Positions 1-11,200 of a stretch of 64,000 bases of DNA are shown here, in pieces. The stretch's first letter is position 1; each line of letters begins with the position of its first letter. The stretch covers positions 6,784,001 through 6,848,000 of the forward strand of contig OY970303.1 of assembly GCA_963716255.1 (NCBI GenBank), read 5' to 3'. The translations under genes were made by a program, and so were the position numbers. The notes below the pieces were generated by a model. The model saw only the letters and a list, made by a program, of their open reading frames with translations, was not told the origin of the DNA and did no database searches. The DNA comes from an uncultured Gemmatimonadales bacterium. GTDB lineage: Bacteria > Gemmatimonadota > Gemmatimonadetes > Longimicrobiales > Longimicrobiaceae.

Positions 1-1
1 G

Positions 2-3000
2 CGGGTGCTGCACGAGTGGAGCGCGGGCCCCGCTCCCGCTCCCGCCCGCCTCCTGCACCGGCGGTTCGCGGAGCAGGCCGCGCGCGCCCCGGACGCCCCG
101 GCCGTCGTCCACGGCGGCGCCACGCTCTCCTACGGCGAGCTGGCGGCGCGGGCCGCGGCGCTTGCGGGCGACCTGCGAGCGCGGGGGATCGGGCCGGAGG
201 CGCGGGTCGGCGTGTGCATGGAGCGCGGCGCCCATGCGGCCGTCGCGCTCCTGGGCGTGCTCCGGGCCGGGGGCGTCTACGTCCCCCTGGACCCGGCGTA
301 CCCGGCGGACCGCCTGGCCTTCATGCTCGCCGACTCGGGCGCGGCGCTGGTCCTCACCCTGGAGCGGCACCGGGATCGGCTCCCGGAGTTCGCGGGCGAG
401 GTCGTCGCCCTCGACGCGGGCCCTTCCGCCGCGGCGGCCGACGACCCCGGGAACGGGAGCGTCGCCGCGCCCGACAACCTGGCCTACGTCATCTACACCT
501 CGGGCTCTACGGGGCGGCCCAAGGGGGTGATGGTCAGCCACGCGGCCGCGGCCAACCTGCTGGCGGAGGCCGTCGAGGCCTTCGGCGCGCGGCCGGAGAG
601 CCGCGTCCTGCACACGGCGTCGCTGAGCTTCGACGCCTCGCTGCTGGAGATGTTCCTGGCGCTCGCCTCCGGGGCGTCGCTCCACGTGGCCGACCGGGAG
701 GTCGTGCTCGCGAGCGGGGCGCTGGAGACGCTGCTGCGGGAGCGCGCGATCGACGTGTGGGTGAGCACGCCGCCGCTGCTGGGGTCGCTCCCCCACGCCG
801 ACTTCCCGGCGCTGCGCTCGGTCAGCACGGGCGGGGAGCGGTGCCCGGGGGCGCTGGCGGCGCGGTGGTCGCGCGGGCGGCGGCTGATGAACATGTACGG
901 CCCCACGGAAACGACCATCTACACCACCTGGCACGCGTGCCGCGCGGGCGGGAGCGAGGCGCCGCCGATCGGGCGGCCGGTGGCGGGGGCGCGGGCGTTC
1001 GTGCTGGACCCGCGCGGCGAGCCGGTGCCCGCCGGCTTCCCCGGGGAGCTGTACGTCGGCGGGGCGGGGCTGGCGCGCGGCTACCTGGGGCGTCCCGGGC
1101 TGACGGCGGAGCGCTTCGTCCCGGACGCGTTCTCCGCCGGGCCGGGGGCGCGGCTGTACCGCACGGGCGACCGGGCGCGCTGGCGCGCTTCGGGCGAGCT
1201 GGAGTACCTGGGCCGCGTCGACCAGCAGGTCAAGGTGCGCGGCGTCCGCATCGAGCCGGGCGAGATCGAGGCGGCGCTGCGCCTGCACCCCGGCGTGCGC
1301 GAGTGCGCGGTGGTGGCGCGCGAGGACGCGCAGGGGGACCGGCGCCTGGTCGCCTACGTGGCGGGCGACGCGCAGGAGGACGGGCTGCGCGAGCACGCGC
1401 GCCGCATGCTGCCGGAGCCCATGGTGCCGGGCGCCTTCGTCGTGCTGGAGCGGCTGCCCCTGACCCCGGGGGGCAAGCTGGACCGCGGGGCGCTGCCCGC
1501 GCCGGAGTACGCGGCCGCGGCGCGCTACGTGGCGCCGCGCACGCCCGTGGAGGAGGTGCTGGCCGGCGTCTGGGCGGAGGTCCTGCGCCTGGAGCGAGTG
1601 GGCGTCGAGGACAACTTCTTCGAGCTGGGCGGGCACTCGCTGCTGGCGACGCGGGTGGTCTCGCGGGTGCGCGACGTGCTCGGCGTGGAGCTTCCGCTGC
1701 GGGCGCTGTTCGAGGCGCCGACGGTGGCCGGGCTGGCCGCGCGCGTCGAGGCCGCGCGCGCGGCCGGCGTGGAGGCGCAGGCGCCGCCGCTGGTGCCGCT
1801 GCCGCGCGACGGCGGTCCGCTGCCGGCGTCGTTCGCGCAGCGGCGGCTCTGGTTCGTGCAGCAGATGGATCCGCGGAGCTGGGCGTACAACATGGCGTAC
1901 CCGCTGCGCCTGACGGGCGGGCTGGACGTGGGGGCGCTGCGGCGGGCGCTGACGGCGGTCGTGGGCCGGCACGAAGCGCTGCGCAGCACGCTGGAGGAGC
2001 GCGGCGGCGAGCTCGTGCAGGTGATCCACCCGCCCGCGCCGGCGCGGCTGCCCACGGTGGAGCTGCGCGGCCTGGCGGCCGACGCGCGGGAGCGGGAGGC
2101 GCGGCGGCTGGCGGAGGCGGAGGCACGGCGCCCGTTCGACCTGGCGCGCGGGCCGCTGCTGCGGGCGGCGCTGCTGCGCCTGGGCGACGAGGCGGCGGCG
2201 GTGCTGTTCACGCTGCACCACGTCGCCGGCGACGGGTGGAGCATGGAGGTGCTGGTCCGCGAGGTTTCCGCGCTGTACGCGGCCGGGCAGCGCGGCGAGG
2301 CCGCGCACCTCCCCGCGCTGCCGGTGCAGTACGCGGACCATGCGGCGTGGCAGCGGGCGTGGCTCACGGGCGAGACGCTGGCGGAGCACGTGGGCTGGTG
2401 GCGGGCGCAGCTGGACGGAGCGCCCGCGCTGCTGGAGCTGCCGACGGACCGGCCCCGGCCCGCCGTGCCGGGCGACGCGGCGGCGTACCACGGCTTCACT
2501 CTCGGGAGAGAGATTTCCGCGGCTCTCCGGGCGCTCTCGCGGCGCGATGGCGCGACGCTGTTCATGACGCTGCTGGCGGCCTGGCAGGCGCTGCTGGCCC
2601 GGTACAGCGGACAGGACGACGTCGTGGTGGGCACGCCCATCGCCGGGCGGACGCGCAGGGAGACGGAGGGGCTGATCGGCTTCTTCGTCAACACGCTGGT
2701 CCTGCGCGCGGACCTCGGCGGCGATCCCACCTTCGGCGGCCTGCTGCGCCAGGTGCGGGAGCTGACGCTGGGGGCGTACCAGCACCAGGAGCTTCCCTTC
2801 GAGAAGCTGGTGGAGGAGCTGGGCGTGGAGCGGAGCCTGGGGCACACTCCGCTCTTCCAGGTCATGTTCGCCCTGCAGAACAACGAACAGGGCGAGCTGC
2901 GCCTGGGCGGCACGGGAGTGGAGGCGCTGGGAACGGGCGCGTCGGCGGCGAAGTTCGACCTGACGCTGAACCTCGCGGAGGTGGGGGAGGAGATCCAGGG

Positions 3001-6000
3001 AGGCCTGGCGTATCGGAGCGAGCTGTGGGAGGCCGCGACGATCGAGCGCATGGCGGGGCACTACCTCGCCCTGCTGGCGGCCGTGGCGGCGGCGCCGGAG
3101 GCGCGGCTCTCCGGGCTGGAATTGCTGGGCGAGGCGGAGCGGCGCCAGGTGCTGGAGGAGTGGAACCGCACCGGGGCGGAGTACCCGGCCGAGCGCTGCG
3201 CCCACCGTCGCTTCGAAGCCCAGGCGGAGCGCACGCCCGGCGCGGCGGCGGTCCTTTCCGGCGCGGACCGCCTCACCTACGCGGAGCTGAACCGGCGGGC
3301 GGACGGTCTCGCGCACCGCCTGCGCGGTCTGGGCGTCGGCCCCGAGACGCGGGTGGGCCTGTGCCTGGAGCGCGGGGCGGAGATGGTCGCCTGCGTGCTG
3401 GCCGTGCTCAAGGCGGGCGGCGCGTACGTGCCCCTGGACCCGGCGCACCCGCGGGAGCGGCTGGCGTGGATGCTCGCCGATTCCGGCGCGCGCGTCCTCC
3501 TCACGCAGAGCGGGCTCGCCGCGGGGTTCGAGGGCTTCGGCGGCGAGGTGGTCCGGGTCGACGAGACCGCTCCCGCGCCCGCGGCCGACCTCGCACCCGC
3601 GCACGCCGCGACTCCGGAGAACCTGGCCTACGTCCTCTACACCTCGGGTTCCACCGGCCGCCCCAAGGGGGTGCTGGTGCAGCACGGCTCCCTCGCCAAC
3701 CTGCTGGCCGCCACGCGCGAGGCCTTCGGCGTCGAGCCCGGCGACGTGATGCCGGCGCTGGCCAGCTATGCCTTCGACATCTGGCTCTTCGAGACGATGC
3801 TGCCGCTGACCTCCGGGGCCGCCGTGCGCCTGGTGGAGCGGGAGCGGATCCTGGACCCGGATGCGCTGGTGGAGGAGATCTCCGACGCCACGCTGCTGCA
3901 CGCCGTTCCCGCGCTGATGCGGCGGATCGAGCAGGCCGAGCGCGAGCGGCCGCGCCTGGGCCGGCTGCGGCGCGCCTTCGTCGGCGGGGACCGGGTGCCG
4001 GCCGACCTGCTGGCGGAGATGCGCGCCGCCCTCCCCTCCGCGCGGATCAGCGTGCTCTACGGGCCCACGGAGGGGACGATCCTGGCGTCCACGCACGCGG
4101 TGCCGGAGACCGGTGTGGAGGAGGGGCACCCCATCGGGCGGCCGCTGGGCAACGTGCGCCTGTACGTGTGCGACGCGCCGGGCAACCCGCAGCCGGTGGG
4201 CGTGCCGGGCGAGCTGCGGATCGGCGGGGCCGGGGTGGCGCGCGGCTACCTGGGCCGGCCCGGGCGGACGGCCGAAGGCTTCGTCCCCGACGCGTTCTCG
4301 GGCCGGCCGGGCGCCCGCCTGTACCGCAGCGGCGACCGGGTGCGCCGGCTCGCTTCGGGGGAGCTGGAGTTCCTGGGGCGCATGGACCAGCAGGTCAAGG
4401 TGCGCGGCTTCCGCATCGAGCCCGGCGAGATCGAGGCGCGGCTGCGGGAGCACCCCGGGGTGCGCGAGGCGGCGGTGCTGGCGCGTGAGGACGCCCCCGG
4501 ACAGCCGCGGCTGGTAGCGTACGTGGTGGGCGAGGCCGGCGCGGAGGCGCTGCGCGCGCACCTGGGGCGCAGCCTGCCGGAGCACATGGTGCCGGGCGTC
4601 TTCGTCGCGCTGGAGTGGCTGCCGCTGACGCCCAACGGCAAGCTGGACCGCGGGGCGCTGCCGGCGCCGGAGCGCGGGGCGGAGGCAGAGTACGTGGCGC
4701 CGCGCACGGCGACGGAGGAGGTGCTGGCGGGGATCTGGGCGGAAGTGCTGGGGGTGGAGCGCGTGGGGGCGACGGCGAGCTTCTTCGCGCTCGGCGGGCA
4801 CTCGCTGCTGGCCATGCGGGTGGTTTCCCGGGTCCGCGAGGTGTTCGCGGTGGAGCTGCCGGTGCGCGCGCTGTTCGAGACGCCCGGCGTCGCCGGGCTG
4901 GGGGAGCGCGTGGACGCGCTGCGGCGGGCCGGGCTGCCGCCGCTGCCGCCGCTCGTCCCGGCGGAGCGCCGTGGAGCGCTGCCGCTGTCCTTTGCGCAGG
5001 AGCGGCTCTGGTTCCTGGACCAGCTGGAGCCGGGGAGCGACTTCTACAACGTCCCCATGGCGCTGCGCCTGCGCGGCGCGCTGGACGCCGGGGCGCTGGA
5101 GCGCGCGCTGGGCGAGATCGTGCGCCGCCACGAAGTGCTGCGGACCGCGTTCCCGGAGCGGGACGGCGCTCCGGTCCAGGAGGTCGCCCCGTTCGCCGGC
5201 TTCGCCCTCCCCGTGGAGGACCTGTCGGGGCTCGGCGAGGCCGCGCGCGAGGCGGAGGTGCGCCGCCGCGCCGCGGAGGACGCGGCCCGGCCGTTCGACC
5301 TGGCCGCGGGGCCGCTCCTGCGGCTGGGGCTGCTGCGGCTGGGCGACGCCGAGCACGTGCTGCTGGCGTGCATGCACCACGTCGTCTGCGACGAGTGGAG
5401 CGTGGGCGTGCTCCTGCGCGAGCTGTCCGCGCTCTACGACGCCTTCCGCCGGGGCGAGCCCTCGCCGCTGCCGGAGCTGGGCGCGCAGTACGCCGACTAC
5501 GCCGTGTGGCAGCGCCGGGTGCTCCGGGGCGAGGCGCTGGAGCGGCAGGTGGCGTACTGGCGGGAGCGGCTGGTGGGCGCGCCCGCGCTGCTGGAGCTGC
5601 CCACGGACCGGCCTCGTCCGGCGGCGCAGACCTACCATGGCGCCCGCGAGCACATCGAGCTCCCGCGCGAGCTGCTGGAGCGGCTCGCCGCGCTGGGGCG
5701 CGGCGAGGGCGCGACGCTGTTCATGACGCTGCTGGGCGCGTTCCAGGTGCTTCTTTCCAGGTACGCGGGGACGGACGACGTGGTCGTCGGCAGCCCCATC
5801 GCGGGACGGACCCGCCGCGAGACCGAGGACCTGATCGGCTTCTTCCTCAACACGCTGGTGCTGCGCGCCGACCTGTCGGGCGATCCCACCTTCGGCGAGC
5901 TGCTGCGGCGGGTGCGGGCGGCGACGCTGGGGGCGTACGAGCACCAGGACGTGCCCTTCGAAAGGCTGGTCGAGGAGCTGGCCCCGCAGCGCAACCTCAG

Positions 6001-8212
6001 CCACGCCCCGCTGTTCCAGGTGATGTTCGCCCTGCGGGGGGCGGAGGTGCCGGAGGGCGGCCTGCCCGGCGTGGAGATGGAGGCGCTGGGCGCGGAAGGC
6101 GGGACGAGCAAGTTCGACCTGACGCTGAGCATGGCGGCGCACGCGGACGGACTGGCCGCCGGGCTGGAGTACAACACGGACCTGTTCGACCGCGGCACCG
6201 TCCGGCGCATGCTGGACCACCTGGGGCGCGTGCTGGAGCAGGTCGCCGCGCATGCCGACCGGCCCCTCTCGGCGCTGGAGCTGCTGGGCGATGCGGAGCG
6301 GCGCCAGGTGCTGGAGGAGTGGAATCGCACGGAGGCGGAATACCCCGCGGAGCTGTGCGTCCACCAGCTGTTCGAAGCGCAGGCGGAGCGCACGCCGGAG
6401 GCCGTCGCCGTCCGCTCCGCGGACGGAAGCCTCACCTACGGCGAGCTGGACCGCCGGGCCAACCAGCTCGCGCACCACCTGCGCGGGCTGGGCGTCGGTC
6501 CGGACGCGCGGGTGGCGCTGTGCCTGGAGCGCGGTCCGGGGATGATGGCCGCGCTGCTGGGCATCCTCAAGGCGGGCGCGGCCTACGTGCCGCTCGACCC
6601 GGCCTATCCGCCGCGGCGCCTGGCCTTCATGCTGGAGGACTCCGCCGCGCGCGTGCTGCTGACGCAGCAGAGCCTGGCCGCGCGGCTCCCCTCCGGCGGG
6701 GTCCGCGTGGTGCGGCTCGACGCCGACGCCGCGGAGATCGCGCGCGGGAGCGCCGGGTCCCCGCGCGTCCCGGTCCGGCCGGACAACCTGGCCTACGTCA
6801 TCTACACCTCGGGGAGCACCGGCTGGCCCAAGGGCGTGGCGATGCCGCACCGGCCGCTGGTCAACCTGCTCGCCTGGCAGGAGCGCGACTGGCGGAGGCC
6901 GGGCGCCCGGGTGACGCTCCAGTTCGCCACGCTCAGCTTCGACGCCTCCTTCCACGAGGTCTTCTCCTGCTGGAGCGCGGGCGGACGGGTGGTACTGATC
7001 CGGGAGGAGCAGCGCTACGACCCGGCGGCGCTGCTGGAGCTCGTCGAGCGGGAGGGCGTGGAGCGGCTGTTCATGCCGGCCGTGGCGCTCCAGCACCTGG
7101 CGGAGGAGGCCGACCGGCGCGGCGCGGTGCCGTCGCGCCTCAGGGAGGTGCAGACGGCGGGGGAGGCGCTGCGGATCACCGGGCCGATGCGGCGCTGGCT
7201 CGCGGCGCTGGGCGCGCCGCTGCACAACCACTACGGGCCGTCGGAAACGCACGTGGTCACGGCTCGCGCTCTGGCCGGGGATCCCGGGAGCTGGCCGCTG
7301 CTGCCGGACATCGGCGGACCGATCGCGAACACGCGGTGCTACGTGCTGGACGGCGGCCTCCGCCCGGTGCCCGTCGGCATCCCCGGCGAGCTGTTCCTGG
7401 CGGGCGACAGCGTGGCGCGCGGCTACCTGGGCCGGCCGGATCTGACGGCCGGGCGCTTCGTCCCCGACCCGTTCTCGGCGGCCGGGGGCGCGCGGATGTA
7501 CCGCACGGGCGACCGGGTGCGCTGGCTCCCCTCGGGGGAGGTGGAGTTCCTGGGGCGCATGGACCAGCAGGTCAAGCTGCGCGGCTTCCGCATCGAGCCG
7601 GGCGAGGTGGAGGCGGCGCTGGAGGGGCACGAGCAGGTGCGCGAGGCCGTGGTGGAGGTGCGGGGCGAGGGGGCGGAGAAACAGCTGGTCGCCTACGTGG
7701 TGGCGGCCGGAGCGGAGGCGCCGGGCGCGGCGGGGCTGCGGGAGCACGCGCGGCGGAGCCTTCCGGAGTACATGGTGCCGGCCGCGTTCGTCGTGCTGGA
7801 GAGCGTTCCGCTTACACCCAGCGGAAAGGTGGACCGGCGCGCGCTGCCGGCGCCGGAGCTCGGCTCGGAGGCGGAAAGCTACGTGGCTCCGCGCACCCCC
7901 ACCGAGGAGGTGCTGGCGGGGATCTGGGCCGAGGTCCTGCACCTGGAGCGCGTGGGAGTGATGGAGAATTTCTTCGAGCTGGGCGGCCATTCGCTGCGGG
8001 CGACCCGGGTGGCCTCGCGCGTCCGGGAGGTCTTCTGCATCGAGCTGCCGCTGCGGACGCTGTTCGAGGCGCCGACGGTCGCCGGGCTGGCCGAGCGCGT
8101 GGAGGCGGCGTGCAGCGCCGCGGCCGGGGCGGGCGAGCTCGCCGAGCAGATGGCGCGGCTGGACGAGCTCTCCGACGAGGAGATCCTGAAGCTCCTGGAG
8201 GACGCCCGATGA
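2..8212 (+). CDS. NRPS1, 5'-truncated: A-T-C-A-T-C-A-T, ending in an acidic docking-like tail
   Basis: The frame is open from base 2 (RVLHEWS, a C-A linker, so the gene starts upstream). It contains three YTSGSTGxPKG/YGP(T/S)E A domains, three GGHSL T domains and two C domains (HHVAGDG, HHVVCDE). C-terminus is [17 protein letters not shown] and the stop TGA is at 8210-8212. Hand-read codes: A1 DALVSGMIYK, A2 DIFHFGLILK, A3 DAHFQAHVVK. Confidence 0.96.
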   Translation, partial: RVLHEWSAGPAPAPARLLHRRFAEQAARAPDAPAVVHGGATLSYGELAARAAALAGDLRARGIGPEARVGVCMERGAHAAVALLGVLRAGGVYVPLDPAYPADRLAFMLADSGAALVLTLERHRDRLPEFAGEVVALDAGPSAAAADDPGNGSVAAPDNLAYVIYTSGSTGRPKGVMVSHAAAANLLAEAVEAFGARPESRVLHTASLSFDASLLEMFLALASGASLHVADREVVLASGALETLLRERAIDVWVSTPPLLGSLPHADFPALRSVSTGGERCPGALAARWSRGRRLMNMYGPTETTIYTTWHACRAGGSEAPPIGRPVAGARAFVLDPRGEPVPAGFPGELYVGGAGLARGYLGRPGLTAERFVPDAFSAGPGARLYRTGDRARWRASGELEYLGRVDQQVKVRGVRIEPGEIEAALRLHPGVRECAVVAREDAQGDRRLVAYVAGDAQEDGLREHARRMLPEPMVPGAFVVLERLPLTPGGKLDRGALPAPEYAAAARYVAPRTPVEEVLAGVWAEVLRLERVGVEDNFFELGGHSLLATRVVSRVRDVLGVELPLRALFEAPTVAGLAARVEAARAAGVEAQAPPLVPLPRDGGPLPASFAQRRLWFVQQMDPRSWAYNMAYPLRLTGGLDVGALRRALTAVVGRHEALRSTLEERGGELVQVIHPPAPARLPTVELRGLAADAREREARRLAEAEARRPFDLARGPLLRAALLRLGDEAAAVLFTLHHVAGDGWSMEVLVREVSALYAAGQRGEAAHLPALPVQYADHAAWQRAWLTGETLAEHVGWWRAQLDGAPALLELPTDRPRPAVPGDAAAYHGFTLGREISAALRALSRRDGATLFMTLLAAWQALLARYSGQDDVVVGTPIAGRTRRETEGLIGFFVNTLVLRADLGGDPTFGGLLRQVRELTLGAYQHQELPFEKLVEELGVERSLGHTPLFQVMFALQNNEQGELRLGGTGVEALGTGASAAKFDLTLNLAEVGEEIQGGLAYRSELWEAATIERMAGHYLALLAAVAAAPEARLSGLELLGEAERRQVLEEWNRTGAEYPAERCAHRRFEAQAERTPGAAAVLSGADRLTYAELNRRADGLAHRLRGLGVGPETRVGLCLERGAEMVACVLAVLKAGGAYVPLDPAHPRERLAWMLADSGARVLLTQSGLAAGFEGFGGEVVRVDETAPAPAADLAPAHAATPENLAYVLYTSGSTGRPKGVLVQHGSLANLLAATREAFGVEPGDVMPALASYAFDIWLFETMLPLTSGAAVRLVERERILDPDALVEEISDATLLHAVPALMRRIEQAERERPRLGRLRRAFVGGDRVPADLLAEMRAALPSARISVLYGPTEGTILASTHAVPETGVEEGHPIGRPLGNVRLYVCDAPGNPQPVGVPGELRIGGAGVARGYLGRPGRTAEGFVPDAFSGRPGARLYRSGDRVRRLASGELEFLGRMDQQVKVRGFRIEPGEIEARLREHPGVREAAVLAREDAPGQPRLVAYVVGEAGAEALRAHLGRSLPEHMVPGVFVALEWLPLTPNGKLDRGALPAPERGAEAEYVAPRTATEEVLAGIWAEVLGVERVGATASFFALGGHSLLAMRVVSRVREVFAVELPVRALFETPGVAGLGERVDALRRAGLPPLPPLVPAERRGALPLSFAQERLWFLDQLEPGSDFYNVPMALRLRGALDAGALERALGEIVRRHEVLRTAFPERDGAPVQEVAPFAGFALPVEDLSGLGEAAREAEVRRRAAEDAARPFDLAAGPLLRLGLLRLGDAEHVLLACMHHVVCDEWSVGVLLRELSALYDAFRRGEPSPLPELGAQYADYAVWQRRVLRGEALERQVAYWRERLVGAPALLELPTDRPRPAAQTYHGAREHIELPRELLERLAALGRGEGATLFMTLLGAFQVLLSRYAGTDDVVVGSPIAGRTRRETEDLIGFFLNTLVLRADLSGDPTFGELLRRVRAATLGAYEHQDVPFERLVEELAPQRNLSHAPLFQVMFALRGAEVPEGGLPGVEMEALGAEGGTSKFDLTLSMAAHADGLAAGLEYNTDLFDRGTVRRMLDHLGRVLEQVAAHADRPLSALELLGDAERRQVLEEWNRTEAEYPAELCVHQLFEAQAERTPEAVAVRSADGSLTYGELDRRANQLAHHLRGLGVGPDARVALCLERGPGMMAALLGILKAGAAYVPLDPAYPPRRLAFMLEDSAARVLLTQQSLAARLPSGGVRVVRLDADAAEIARGSAGSPRVPVRPDNLAYVIYTSGSTGWPKGVAMPHRPLVNLLAWQERDWRRPGARVTLQFATLSFDASFHEVFSCWSAGGRVVLIREEQRYDPAALLELVEREGVERLFMPAVALQHLAEEADRRGAVPSRLREVQTAGEALRITGPMRRWLAALGAPLHNHYGPSETHVVTARALAGDPGSWPLLPDIGGPIANTRCYVLDGGLRPVPVGIPGELFLAGDSVARGYLGRPDLTAGRFVPDPFSAAGGARMYRTGDRVRWLPSGEVEFLGRMDQQVKLRGFRIEPGEVEAALEGHEQVREAVVEVRGEGAEKQLVAYVVAAGAEAPGAAGLREHARRSLPEYMVPAAFVVLESVPLTPSGKVDRRALPAPELGSEAESYVAPRTPTEEVLAGIWAEVLHLERVGVMENFFELGGHSLRATRVASRVREVFCIELPLRTLFEAPTVAGLAERVEAACSAAAGAGELAEQMARLDELSDEEILKLLEDAR
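1796..4813 (+). repeat. Module duplication, copy 1 (C-A-T of NRPS1 module 2); copy 2 at 8320-11337
   Basis: Colinear at a constant 6524 bp offset (e.g. shadow ORFs 3277-3504 and 9801-10028, 4113-4517 and 10637-11041). The A-T portions are nearly identical at DNA level. Confidence 0.93.
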
Positions 8213-11200
8213 GCGGGATCGCGGACCGGCTGGCGCAGCTCTCCCCGGAGCGCCGCGCCGCCCTCCAGGAGCTGCTGCGGAAGCGACCGGCCGCCGCGGC
8301 CGCGCCGCAGGAGATCCGTCCGCTGCCGCGCGACGGCGGGTCGCTGCCGGCCTCGTTCGCGCAGCGGCGGCTCTGGTTCGTGCAGCAGATGGAGCCGCGG
8401 AGCTGGGCCTACAACATGGCGTACCCGCTGCGCCTCGCGGGCGGGCTCGACGCGCGGGCGCTGCGCCGGGCGCTGACCGCGGTCGTGGCCCGGCACGAGG
8501 CGCTGCGCACCACGCTGGAGGAGCGCGGCGGCGAGCCCGTGCAGGTGATCCATCCGCCCGCCCCGGTGCGGCTGCCCACGATCGAGCTGCGCGGCATCGC
8601 GGCCGGGGCGCGGGAGCGCGAGGCGCGGAGGCTGGTGGAGGCGGAGGCGCGCCGCCCCTTCGACCTGGCGCGCGGACCGCTGCTGCGCACGGCGCTGCTG
8701 CGCACCGGCGACGACGAGGCGGTGGTGCTCCTGGCCATGCACCACGCCGTCACCGACGGCTGGAGCATGGAGGTGCTGGTGCGCGAGGTGTCCGCGCTCT
8801 ACGCGGCGGAGCAGCGGGGCGAGCCCGCGCAGCTTCCCCCGCTGCCGGTGCAGTACGCGGACTATGCGGCGTGGCAGCGGGCATGGCTCTCGGGCGAGAC
8901 GCTGGCGGAGCACGTGGGCTGGTGGCGCGCGCAGCTGGAGGGAGCGCCCACGCTGCTGGAGATGCCCACCGACCGCCCCCGTCCCGCCGTCCCGGGCGAC
9001 GCGGCGGCGTACCACGGCTTCAGCCTCGGCAGGGCAATCTCCGCGGCACTCCAGGCGCTCGCCCGGCGCGAGGGGGCGACGCCGTTCATGACGCTGCTCG
9101 CGGCCTGGCAGCTCCTGCTGGCCCGCTACGCGGGGCAGGACGACGTCCTGGTGGGCACGCCCATCGCCGGGCGCAATCGCCGGGAAACGGAGGGGCTGAT
9201 CGGCTTCTTCGTCAACACGCTCGTGCTGCGCGCCGAGGTCCGCGGCGAGGCGAGCTTCGCCGACCTGCTGCGCCAGGTGCGGGAGCGGACGCTGGGCGCG
9301 TACCAGCACCAGGAGCTTCCCTTCGAAAAGCTGGTGGAGGAGCTGGGCGTGGAGCGCAGCCTCGCGCACACGCCGCTCTTCCAGGTCACGTTCGCGCTCC
9401 AGAACAACGAGCAGGGCGAGCTGAGCCTGGGCGGAGCGGAGGTGCAGGCGCTGGAGCGTGGCGGGTCGGCGGCGAAGTTCGACCTGATGCTGAGCCTGGG
9501 CGAGGCGGGGGACGAGATCGGCGGCGGGCTGGAATACCGCAGCGAGCTGTGGGAGGCCGCCACGATCGAGCGCATGGCGGGGCACTACCTGGCCGTGCTG
9601 GAGGCCGTGGCGGCGGCGCCGGAGGCGCGGCTCTCCGAGCTGCAGCTTCTGGGCGCGGCGGAGCGGCGCCAGGTGCTGGAGGAGTGGAACCGCACCGATG
9701 CCGAGTACCCGGCCGAGCCCTGCGTCCACCGGCTCTTCGAAGCCCAGGCGGAGCGCGCGCCGGACGCGGCGGCGGTCCTCTCCGGCGCGGTCCGCCTCAC
9801 CTACGCGGAGCTGAACCGGCGGGCGGACGGTCTCGCGCACCGCCTGCGCGGCCTGGGCGTCGGCCCCGAGACGCGGGTGGGCCTGTGCCTGGAGCGCGGG
9901 GCGGAGATGGTGGCCTGCGTGCTGGCCGTGCTCAAGGCGGGCGGCGCGTACGTGCCCCTGGACCCGGCGCACCCGCGGGATCGGCTGGCGTGGATGCTCG
10001 CCGATTCCGGCGCGCGCGTCCTCCTCACGCAGAGCGGGCTCGCCGGGGGCTTCGACGGCTTCGACGGCGAGGTGGTCCGGGTCGACGAGACCGCTCCCGC
10101 GCCCGCGGCCGACCTCGCGCCCTCGCATGCCGCGACCGCCGAGAACCTCGCCTACGTCCTCTACACCTCGGGTTCCACCGGCCGCCCCAAGGGCGTGCTG
10201 GTGCAGCACGGCTCCCTCGCCAACCTGCTGGCCGCCACGCGCGAGGCCTTCGGCGTCGGGCCCGGCGACGTGATGCCGGCGCTGGCCAGCTACGCCTTCG
10301 ACATCTGGCTCTTCGAGACGCTGCTGCCGCTGACCTCGGGGGCCGCCGTGCGCCTGGTGGAGCGGGAGCGCATCCTGGACCCCGACGCGCTGGTGGAGGA
10401 GGTCTCCGACGCCACGCTGCTGCACGCCGTTCCCGCGCTGATGCGGCGGATCGCGCAGGCCGAGCGCGAGCGGCCGCGCCTGGGCCGGCTGCGGCGGGCC
10501 TTCGTCGGCGGCGACCGGGTGCCGGCCGACCTGCTGGCGGAGATGCGCGCCGCCCTCCCCTCCGCGCGGATCAGCGTGCTCTACGGGCCCACGGAGGGGA
10601 CGATCCTGGCGTCCACGCACGCGGTGCCGGAGTCCGGTGTGGTGGAGGGGCACCCCATCGGGCGGCCGCTGGGCAACGTGCGCCTGTACGTGTGCGACGC
10701 GCCGGGCAACCCGCAGCCGGTGGGCGTGCCGGGCGAGCTGCGGATCGGCGGGGCCGGGGTGGCGCGCGGCTACCTGGGCCAGCCCGGGCGGACGGCCGAA
10801 GGCTTCGTCCCCGACGCGTTCTCGGGCCGGCCGGGCGCGCGGCTGTACCGCGCGGGGGACCGGGTGCGCCGGCTCGCTTCGGGGGAGCTGGAGTTCCTGG
10901 GGCGCATGGACCAGCAGGTCAAGGTGCGCGGCTTCCGCATCGAGCCCGGCGAGATCGAGGCGCGGCTGCGGGAGCACCCCGGGGTGCGCGAGGCGGCGGT
11001 GCTGGCGCGTGAGGACGCTCCCGGACAGACGCGGCTGGTAGCGTACGTGGTGGGCGAGGCCGACGCGGAGGCGCTGCGCGCGTACCTGGGGCGCAGCCTG
11101 CCGGAGCACATGGTGCCGGGCGCCTTCGTCGCGCTGGAGCGGCTGCCGCTGACGCCCAACGGCAAGCTGGACCGCGGGGCGCTGCCGGCGCCGGAGCATG

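Noticed and set aside
16..4488. Long alternative-frame plus-strand ORFs (also 13569-19751, 19878-25367 and 28290-40352)
   Set aside because: They are Arg/Gly/Ala/Pro-rich translations of stop-poor frames overlapping clear NRPS coding sequence.
4615..8208. N-terminal extension of the 6820 aa ORF
   Set aside because: It overlaps NRPS1 out of frame. Real protein-like sequence begins at ATG 8209.
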